The position numbers were made by a program, and so were the translations under genes. The notes beneath the pieces were generated by a model. That model searched no databases and had not been told where the DNA came from. It saw nothing but the letters and a program-made list of their open reading frames with translations. A stretch of 64,000 bases of DNA from Chrysomallon squamiferum (lineage: Eukaryota; Animalia; Mollusca), in contig CM022677.1 of NCBI GenBank assembly GCA_012295275.1, forward strand, positions 27,218,001 through 27,282,000, written 5' to 3'. Shown one piece after another: positions 44,132 through 55,121 of this stretch. Positions within the stretch are counted from its first letter, which is position 1. The number at the start of each line of letters is the position of its first letter.

Positions 44132-44612
44132 GTAGAGAAAAAGCCGCACAAGAGTAGAGAATGCGATCAGATGAATAAATTAATGAATGAATGATTAGAA
44201 AGTGACATGAATGATTAACTGTGGAAATGGGAATAGATAGATGAATGAATGAATAGATAGAGAGATGACTAGATGTTTATATAACTTATTATCTAATTTA
44301 AATTTTTTTAAAAACATTTTGTTTTTCCTATTTCTAATAATACTGATATAAAAAGAAAACAGCTGCCAGTATTACATATGATACTGTTATCGATAAGCAT
44401 CGAGATTACTTTTACAACCAGTCAGAAACACACACACACACAGAGTAAAATATTACACTAAAGAAAAGAACTCTTATATGTGTATAGCAGAAATTATTTT
44501 CCTTTTTTTTTTGCTGTGACAACATTTTATACACAGACTCACAGTGTGCTCTCCTGATATGTCTACTCACCTTCAATCTTATTATTCCTTCTTGCCTTCA
44601 GTCCAGTTAAAC

Positions 44613-44797
44613 CTACTTATCTTCAGTCCTGTATGACTACCTATCTTCAGTCCTGTATGACTACTTATCTTCAGTCCTGTATGACTACTTATCTTCAGTC
44701 CTGTATGACTACTTATCTTCAGTCCTGTATGACTACTTATCTTCAGTCCTGTATGACTACTTATCTTCAGTCCTGTATGACTACTTATCTTCAATCC
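44613..44797 (+). repeat. 24-bp minisatellite (CTACTTATCTTCAGTCCTGTATGA) x7.7
   Basis: Near-perfect tandem copies read directly; they explain the MTTYLQSC and ISSHTGLK repeat ORFs. Confidence 0.95.
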
Positions 44798-44945
44798 AGT
44801 TATGTCTATTTATTTGTATTCCTGTTGACTTTGTTATGCCTATTTATTTGTATTCCTATTAAGACTATGTTATGTCTATTTATTTGTATTCCTGTCAAGA
44901 CTTTGTTATGCCTATTGTGACGATAAGCAGTTATCCCTTTTTCAG

Positions 44946-45089
44946 GCCCTGAAGGGTGCAACCTGTTTATATATCATCTACCCCAGGAGTTCGGTGATGC
45001 TGAGTTGGCGCAGATGTTCATGCCTTTTGGAAATGTCATCAGCGCCAAGGTGTACGTTGACAGAGCTACGAACCAAAGTAAATGCTTCG
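44946..45089 (+). CDS. CELF4: CELF RRM3 first exon ([48 protein letters not shown])
   Basis: Acceptor ttttcag|GC, donor TCG|gtgagt, 144 nt. [18 protein letters not shown] and [11 protein letters not shown] are characteristic of the CELF3-6 subfamily. Confidence 0.97.
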
Positions 45090-45210
45090 GTGAGTGATTT
45101 TCATTTGTTAGAGTGTGAATAGATGAATATATAAATACACTAATAAATAAATAAATGAACTGGTAAATAAACGAACTGGTAAATAAATAAATACATAAAT
45201 AAACTGATAA

Positions 45211-45286
<76 letters not shown>

Positions 45287-45480
45287 AAGTAAATAAATAA
45301 ATATACCAAAAAAAATAAAATAAATAAAGTAATAAAAAATATTACAATATACAAATAAATAAATAAAGTTTTGCTGTAAGGACTAGGTAGTGAGATTTTT
45401 AAATTTACTGAATTGTCGAGTGAGGATTTTGATTAACTTTTGAATTTTAATTAATCAATTAATTACATAACAATAACAAC

Positions 45481-45516
<36 letters not shown>

Positions 45517-45551
45517 AGGTGCTTACAGAGTGTTTTTTCTTCATCTTGCAG

Positions 45552-45679
45552 GGTTTGTGAGTTTTGACAATCCCAGCAGTGCACAGGCTGCTATTCAGGC
45601 CATGAACGGATTTCAGATCGGGATGAAGCGCTTGAAAGTCCAGCTGAAACGTCCAAAGGATGCCAACCGGCCGTACTAG
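45552..45679 (+). CDS. CELF4: CELF RRM3 last coding exon ([42 protein letters not shown])
   Basis: Acceptor cttgcag|GG, canonical CELF3-6 C-terminus [13 protein letters not shown] at 45677-79. The exon lengths from 15355 sum to 1149 nt = 382 aa + stop. Confidence 0.97.
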
Positions 45680-45786
45680 ACAGCGAGACAGAACTAGTGC
45701 TAGATGTTAGTATGACACTTAGTAGTTTCCTGTCTCACTATAGCTTTAATACGTTTCTGTGTGTGTGTGTTAGTGTGTGTGTGAGA

Positions 45787-45828
<42 letters not shown>

Positions 45829-46071
45829 ATGTGAAAATTTGCATACACACATATTTATTTATAAGATTATATTAAAATAAATATAAATATGGTCACAAAA
45901 AAATTTCAGGTAAAGTGATTATATAAATGAGAAACCCCAAAAGATGAAAAAAAAAAAAAAATATATATATATAATTTATAAATAAGTTAACATAAATAAT
46001 TTTGATCAGGTTTTTGAATAAATTTTTAATTTTTTTTTTTAAATCTGGTATATTGAAATAAAAAAAAAATA

Positions 46072-46119
<48 letters not shown>

Positions 46120-46232
46120 AGAATTAAGAAAAAAAAAAAAGATAAAAAGTGTAATAAAAATTAAATTAATTTTCAAATGAATGATTACTCCCGTATCCCA
46201 CAATTCAATTGTTTATCCTCCCTACTTTATAG

Positions 46233-46302
46233 ACGGGTCTTGCCAAAACCACTCAGAGTGCAAGGTGGTTGCTTATAGCAACACAACCTTGTGACAGCGG
46301 GC
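46233..46302 (+). other. Candidate 70-nt exon downstream of the stop codon (3'UTR cassette or alternative terminal coding exon)
   Basis: Pyrimidine-rich acceptor tatcctccctactttatag|AC, donor GGC|gtaagt, and a GC-richer island within A/T runs. Confidence 0.5.
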
Positions 46303-46487
46303 GTAAGTTGAAAACTTTTGGGATGATGTGGCTGTTGTCATGGTTGTAACTATCAGTCAGTCTCACTGTTTAAATGATTTTTTTTTTTTTTTTTTTTTTT
46401 TTTGTATACATATTGTGTGCTTTGCTGGATAATGGAGTTTTTAACATGCAGTACTTACCTCTCTATGTATTTCACATTTTATATATT

Positions 46488-46527
<40 letters not shown>

Positions 46528-46539
46528 AAAAAAAAATAT

Positions 46540-46570
<31 letters not shown>

Positions 46571-47011
46571 CACACACAAATACACCATCGTCTTTTTGCC
46601 ATTGATAGATTTGTGTTATTAACCAGTAGCACTTTTGGTTTTTAGACCTTAGTAAAGTAAAGGGAAAAAAAAACACAAAAAAAAAAATAATTAATGGAAA
46701 GAAAGATATATAAAAATAATTTTAAAAAAATGAAAAATGGAAAAAGACTGTGCATGTACATAAAAATAATTCTGGGGTAGTCTGCTGTGTATCCATTTTG
46801 AATGTACGTAGATAAAAAATCTTGGTGTTCTCTGTTCATCTTCGAATTATTGTTTTAACTGTGATGGTAATGGGTCTTTGTAATATTTATGTTTCGTTTA
46901 TTTTTTTTTTTTTTATTCATTATTGAATGAAGAACACAGACACAAAACTTTAATCATGTTTTTTTTTTTCTGTTCTCCTAACTTCTAATTAACAACCAGC
47001 TTTTCTTGCTA

Positions 47012-47140
47012 CATTCTCATTGGTTATTATGTTGTTATGACAGTTACTTCTGCATTCTCATTGGTTGTTATGTTGTTATGACAGTTACTTCTGCATTCTC
47101 ATTGGTTATTATCATAGATATAGCTCCATTCTCATTGGTT
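47012..47140 (+). repeat. 41-bp tandem repeat CATTCTCATTGGTT.TTATGTTGTTATGACAGTTACTTCTG
   Basis: Two full copies plus two partial copies, read directly. Confidence 0.8.
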
Positions 47141-49855
47141 GACTGTAAATACTATGTGACAGTGTTATTTTGTAAAGGATTTTCCTAAAGGAATTAAGTT
47201 TTGTAAAATTCATATTTGATGGTTTTTGCAAGTGTGATTTACTGCATATTCTGAAGAAGGTACTTACATTTTATACAGGAGATATTTATATTTTGTAAAG
47301 GATATAATTTTTTTTGTGAGGTTGATATGTATCTTCAAAAGAAGGTGTTTATATTTGGTAAAGTAAAGTTATCATGTAAAGGAAGTATTTATATTTTATA
47401 AAGAACATATATTATGTACAATTGTGAAGGGGTTTGTAAAGTGGATATATCTTTTTGTAATGGAAATATATCATATTTTGTAATGGATGAAACAGACATT
47501 TCATTTTATAAAATTAAATTTTCCTGCTTGTAAATGCTTGGGGATGTATTAAATTTGGCTTATAATGTTCCTAAATAAGGTATAATATAATGCAGCTAGG
47601 AATACTATGCTTGTAAATTAGTGATAGTGCAACTGGTTAACTAAAAATGCTGATCTACTGATGGCAAATGACTATAGTACTGGGAATAGTACTGGGAAAA
47701 TCCATTTCTATAATCATTACAGGGAATTTGTCATGAAAATAAACAAACAAACAAACAAACAAACAAATAAATAAATAAATTAATAAATAATGTATTTTCA
47801 TTTTTTTTTATTCAAAGATATTTAATTTCATTAAAAAAAAAAAAATCATGAAAAATTGAATATTTTGACTGCAACCTAAAATTCAGAAGAAAAAAAATGA
47901 AAGAAAAAATGAAAAGTCTAGAAGAAAAATTATTTACGGTTATTTGGAGTTAAAACAAGGAATAAATTTTCTTCTTTGTATTGGAGTTAATCATTATTTG
48001 TTCATTTCTTTTGAATTAGTTTCATTTTTATTTATTTATTTATTTTTTTAATTTAATTACACCATTTTAATATTATTTTTATCATTTTTTTTTTTTAATT
48101 TTTTTTTTTTTTTTCCCCCAAGTTTTCTCATCTTCACATAACAGATTTTATGAAGCATGGATATTTCTGCATCATAACAAACCTAACTGGTTTTTCAGTT
48201 ATAATTTTTAATTGTGTATCTCTGTCTTAATGTTTATTTACTAGTATTAGTAATCAAATATTGTGAGTTTTGAAACATTTTTTTTATTTGTTATTTGTTT
48301 TTTTTTGTTTATGTTTAAAAAAAATAAAATACAATAATAATGAATAAATAAACAAGGAAACAAACAAATCAAATAAATATATCAAACAAATAATGAAATC
48401 AATAAATAAATAAATCATCAAATAAACAAACAAACAACTAATTTATCAAATAAATAAATAAACAAGAAAATGAAAAAAATAAAACAAACAAAAACAATGA
48501 AATAAACAAACAAAAAACAAACAAACAAAATTTTGCTCTTATTTGGTTTTCTTTTTCTTTTTCTTTACTAAGATGAAAGTAAGTAATTAGTGAATCTTCT
48601 TTTTTTTATTTATAAAATTAAAATAGTTGAAAATTATGAAAATATATGCAAACATATCTGAAAAATATGTTACAATAAAACAGGAAACAGCAACAACAAC
48701 AATAATAATAATAACAACTTACTGAGCCAAAAATTATTTCAGTATAAAAAATGTAAAAGAAAAGAAAAGGGAAAAAAAAAATAAAAATAAAAATAAATTA
48801 AAAAGAATAGTCAAAAGAAATAAATGACACATTATTTAAAAAATATATAAAACTATAAACTTACACATCATTTTTTTATATTTTTTTTTTTTCGTTTTTA
48901 ATCCATGCTTTTTTGTACTTAGATGGTGGATTTTGTCGTTGGTTTTTTCTTGTTAGTTATTCATCATCATTATTATTATTATCATTATTATTACTATTAT
49001 TATTATTATTGTCTTGGATGTACCATTTTCCAGAAAGAACTTTTCATTTGTTATGGCTTATTATTATTTTTTTTATTATCATTATTATTATTTTTCTACA
49101 TGTGGCCTGTGGAATTTTTAAATATGCAATTTAACTTGGGTGTGCATTGTATTTGTAATTTTAATTATTAAAACCAAACAAATGAACTTTTGTGAAAAAT
49201 TGTTTTGAAAATATATAACTGTTTTATAGTTAGTAGTTTTTCTGTAATAACAGGATATTGAATTATGGGTAACTGGAATAATCACAGGAAGTAACTACAT
49301 GAAATATTTGTAATTTAAGAAATGATTTAATGTTTAATTAATAATAAAAATATTATTATTGTTATTATTATTTATTTATTTATTTATTTACTTTTAAAGT
49401 TATAAATTTAATATGAAAATGAAAAACACAATTTAAGAATTTATGTAACATTATGATTTTGTTTTAATTTCTTTTCAGATATGTTGCCATTTATATATTT
49501 TTTCAGTTGTTTTTTTTTGTATTATTTGTATTATTTTACCTATTCTTTTTTTTTTTCTTTCTTTTTTTTTTTTTTTTTTTTTTATATTTTATTTTATTTT
49601 TATTTTTTTTTTTTTTATTTTTTTTTTTTAAAAAAAAAAAAAATGGGAATGAAGAAAAGATATTAAGAATAATTAAAAATTTTATCTTTTAGACCAGTTA
49701 TTATTTTAGATTATTAGCTAGTTTCTAAAAAAAAAAAAAGCTAAAAGGAAAAAAAAAAAAAAAAATTGATAAAAAAATAGTTTAATTATACACATCTTAT
49801 ATATCGTATATATTTTTTTTTTTGTAATTTTTAATTTATTTATTTTTTCTTTCAG

Positions 49856-50341
49856 AAATGAGGACGAAAACGACTATTTGCCAAAAATCTGTGTACATCT
49901 TGAAGATATCTGCAACACAAGAAAATATTTTCTACAACTATTTTAACATTTTATTTTCTTTTTAGCATATATATATACATATATCATAATGAAACAAAAA
50001 TATTCCACAGTTTAAATCAGTTTTGTGAAAATACTTTGACAGTAAGTGATCGTGTTTTCATTTAGAGATGCTTTTTTTTTTTTTTTTTTTTTTTTCTTGA
50101 TATCTTTGGATATTGATTACATTTTATTGTGGATTTCTTGTACAGCTGGTATATGATGTATTTATTTATTTATTTATTTGTTGTCTGAAGGAAAAAAGAC
50201 GTTTCGAACAAATCCCACCGAAACAAAAATGGCCACAAATTTTTAATGTTTGTTCATTTTTGATGTACATTTAATTTTTAAAACGTTTTTAAAATTAAGA
50301 TTGTATAAGCTTTTTGTGTTTAATTTATAAATATTATTATA

Positions 50342-50396
<55 letters not shown>

Positions 50397-53023
50397 GATT
50401 TGTTTTTTCTTTCTTGTCAAAACTGGGCTGTAAGAAAAAATAAAATAAAAATAAAAACAATTAATAATAATAAAAGAAATAAAGAATAATAGTAATTTGA
50501 GAAAAAAGGAAACAAAAAAGCATTATTAATGAAAAATGTTAATTCACGATTTTGAAAATCAATTTGAAAATGTTTTGAAGTCCATTTCCATCCACCAGAT
50601 TAATATTTTTTGAACATTTTCACTGCAGACTAAATTTTTGAAAATTTATCCCTTTTTCATACCATTCTGCAGATAAATTATTATTATCATTCTTTATTAT
50701 TATCTTCATTGCAGACAAATTTATACTTTTTTTCTGGATATTATAATTTTTGTATATCTTGTGCAGTTAACAGTCTTTGGTATAGTTTTGTATTTAAGAA
50801 GTGTTTAAATATCGGCCAATTTATTGTTTTCCATCAACTCCATTTCTAAGTGTGTGTTTCATTCATTTTTACACATTCCACTAAAGCTTAGAAGACTGAG
50901 TATTTGATATGTTTGAGACAAAAAAAAAAAATACAAAAAAATATAAATAAAATACAAACATATAAAAAAGAATAACAGAGAAAGGAAAGAAAGATGTGAT
51001 TAATAAAACATACAGTAAATTTTTTGTAAAAAGTGAGTAATCAAAAAATTTGTTATATGATGTTGTTTTTTTCTGTTCTTTTTCTTCATTTAAAAAAAAA
51101 AAAAAAAAAAAAACATTTTTCCATCAAATACATGTTTCTGTTGTACTTGAAATGGAGATATATTATTTATTTATTATTATTTTTTTTTTTTTGGGTAGTA
51201 TTCTGAGGAAAGAAAAATTAGGATAAATTGAAAATGTTGCTTGTCGTAAATGTTGAATGCATTCCCATGTAAAAAAAAAAAATGAGTTTTTTAAAAAGAA
51301 AACAGTGGACCGGAAACAACTGTTTACTTTTTTTTTTTTTTCTTGTAATATAAAAATGAAATATTTATTTAAATCTTTATTGTTCAGTAATATTCTCAGC
51401 AGTTAAATGTTATAACAGGCATTATAAATTTATTTATTAGTTTTTTGTTAAACAGTATATATATATATATATATATATATATCTGTTTTTTTGATTGGTC
51501 ATTCATTTAGTCATGTGACTGTACTCTTTGAACAGCACCAATCGGGTGATTTGTTGTAAAAACATACTTATTTTCTTTCATTGTTAGAGCATCAGTGATT
51601 GGTTATCAGTTTGTCACTGTTCAACAATTGTAACTGTTTATTTGATTGGTTATCACTTTGTAACAGTTTATTTGATTGGTTAACATTTCATCCAATGAGA
51701 TATTACGTTCTTATTTGTGTTCACATCAGTTATGTATTTAAATGGATCAGTTTGTTTTCATTCATTCAAGAAATAGTGATTTTTTTTTTTTTTTTTTTTT
51801 TTAACTGTTCTAAATTATTTTAAAATTTGTGCGGGTATTATGTGCTCGGTTTCTGTTTTAATGAAGCAGGTGGTGTATATTTTATTAAACTTGTTGAAAT
51901 TCGTAATTAAAAAGAAATAATTAATCAGTTTATTATATATATATATATATATATATTACATATTATATATATCCTACCAGTTTAGATTGGTTCATGTGAC
52001 TGTTCTTTTGTTTTGTTTTTGAATGTTATTTAAAGATAGCTTGTTTGTTCATAAAAAAAAAAAAAAGTAAGATCATTTATAGCCTCTGTTGTAAAACTTG
52101 AAGATGTAGAAGTAATTTTTTTATTATGATTATTTAAAAAGCAAAGTCTGTTTATATCTGTCAATAGTCTTCTTTTTCTTTTTTTTTATTATGGAAAGTA
52201 AGTGAAATAGTTTTTGGTGTTTCATTATTGGTATCTGTTATCGCTTTCAAAATCAAAACATTTCCACATTAATGGTGCTACAGGCTAAAAACTAAATATA
52301 AGACTTTCTGCTTGGCAACCAAATTTTAAAAATTAATATTAAAGAATTTTTTTTTTTTTTTTTTTTTTTTTAAATTGAAAATTATAAGTTTATTATAAGG
52401 TAGTTAAAACTATTATCATATCTTTTAACAAAATTTTAAAATTTATATCTTGATAAATATTGAAAAAATATTTTCAGGATATTTAACAGCAAAGCTCTTT
52501 CAGTACCATTATAATTTTATATGTAAAAAAAAGTCTTGTTAAGTAATATAATTGTTTTACTTTTTAAATTAATTAAAACAAAATTTGAAATTCTATTGAT
52601 ACACACCTGTAAGAATATCATCATTATTATTTTAATTTTGATTTTGGAAAAATGATTTTAAATTTGTTTTAATTTATATTTGTTACAATCAAAGTTTGTT
52701 AAAACTGTTTTTAATTTAAAATGGTTCCAACATGCCCTCAGATTTTGTATATTAATAGCATTTCCATAAGAAATTTGATAATTTTGTTTATTTTTAAAAC
52801 GTACATTGTTACAAAGTGAACTAAAAGGTACAGTTCCTGAACATTTTTTCTTACAAAGTATAAAATCTAATATTTGTTGATTTTTCTATTAAAGACATTT
52901 TCTTTCAGAATCCAAAATTGTGATGAAACTTTTTCTTACAAACTTTCTTGTAAATTAAGAACTTTTTCAAACCTTTTTGTGAAGAGCATGCAAATTTAAA
53001 TTTTTGATTATTATTTATGTTAC

Positions 53024-53064
<41 letters not shown>

Positions 53065-55072
53065 TTTTAGGAATAATCACTGATTTTTAAAAATCTTTAA
53101 TTTCCAACCATTTATTTCAACATTTACTGTTTCCATACTGTCGGTTTCATTTTGTGCTATTGCAATATATAATGACTTTTGACATTATATATAGTAACAG
53201 CAGACAAGTCTGTAACGAAGGGACGTACTTCATGTTACCTACGCGACAACCACAACAGTATCTGTTGTCGACGTCTGACATTACGATGTATAATGGACAA
53301 CTTAAAACGGTCACAATCTTTGACGGACGAAGGACAGATAACTCCATTTTACAAAGGAACACAACTCTCGTTTCCTTCAGATTTACTGTTGGATTTCTTA
53401 CTCACGACTTTTGAATGTAGACAATACGATTTGATTACTCTCTTTTACAAACGGACACAACATTTGTTAAGTATTTGCATCAGTTTTTGTTAATGACCGT
53501 TAACGACGGTCGACGACTTTTTTTATTTATTTATTTATTTATTTTTTTATTTTTTTTTATTTTTTTTAAACTGAGGGACATAACTCTTGTTACCCAGAGG
53601 ACTACTGTATCAGTGACTCGCGTTGAGCTTTGTACATTTAACTATTCAGATTTATATATTTATGGAGCTGTGCATTTCTGACTAATTATTATTATTATTT
53701 TCTCATGAACACTATTTGGATTGTATTATAGTTACGTCTATTTATTATTATTACTATTATAATGATGTAGTTATTTATTGGTAGTTAATCATGACATTAT
53801 GTTGATGAAATAGTTTGTGAAAGGAACGTTTAAAAATAATTGTGTCGTTGAGCGGATAAACGGATGTTCTTCTATTATTTTAATTTATTTTTTTCTAAAA
53901 AATAAATAAAATAAATAATCCCAATTACAGAAAAGGAAATAGGTAAGTGATATTTCATTTTAAGTGTAAAAAAAAAAAATGCGGCTATGTTTGACTCTGG
54001 TATTTTGTAAATAACTAAGTTATTAAAAGGATGTCACATCGTTGCATTTTAATGAATTTTCTTTCATTTTGATAATTTCAGTTATTTTACAATACAAGTA
54101 TAAAAATAAAGGGGGAAAAAAAAGTTAATTGTTTGTCCAATTTTGAAATCGTTTTATCCTAAATTCAAATTCTGATTATACCATTTTAAAATTGTGATAC
54201 GCTATTTGAAAATCTCTTGTACTGAATCAAATTGAGGGCGCCTCAATCAAAATGGGGATGTCCCAAATCAAAATATGTCCTGAATTCATTTGGATTTTTG
54301 TATACAAATTGGGACATCCCAAATCAGAATTATTCTCGCACGAACGCAGATGCGTTGACGGAGATCTAAGAAACTTTTTGTAATTTGTTATAAAACATCA
54401 ATATTTTTTGTGTTCCTTTCACAAACCCAAGTTTATTACAAATTGCTTTTTATTGGAGAGCAGACGATGACATTTATAAATGATGTACATGGAACAGTTT
54501 ATTAATAACGCTGTATAACGTAGTGATCTTTAGTGACGTCACAGGTTGGTAATAGACTGTTCCATGGCATTTTGTACAGTACTTAATATAGAAATTTGTT
54601 AGTCATATCATTGTGTTTTGACAAATTTTATTCATATTTTTAGCGTAGTTTATGAAATCCAACATGTTGAATGTTTCTCTCATTTTTTTGTTTCGTTCAT
54701 TCATTTATTTATTATTATTATGTTTTAACGAATTTCATATCATGCCCAATTTTACTGGTATTTGTTTCGTTTGAGAAAGACAATCTAAATTATATTAATA
54801 CTATTAATTTTATTTATTAGTTGTTTGTTTTTAATTATTATTTTTTTTTTTTTTTTTGTTTATTTTACTTCGTTTTGCCATCCAGATTTGTTTTAATCTC
54901 ATCCTTACGTGCAATATTGATGTTGTTCACATTGGAATGAAAGTTTCGTTTTATTTTTTTTTCTCGATTTGTTTTTTTACTTAATTTTTTTTTTTCAATC
55001 AGAGCGTTATTCTCACAGTTTTGAAAGGAATTCGTTTACCACTAAACAGCCACTTACTGCCATTATTATTAC

Positions 55073-55121
<49 letters not shown>

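Noticed and set aside
44613-44797. 24-bp repeat as a CRISPR array or repeat protein
   Set aside because: Copies are directly adjacent with no unique spacers, the context is a eukaryotic intron, and there are no cas genes.
45677-45697. Stop-codon readthrough of the CELF ORF
   Set aside because: TAG-A is not a leaky context and another in-frame TAG follows after five codons.
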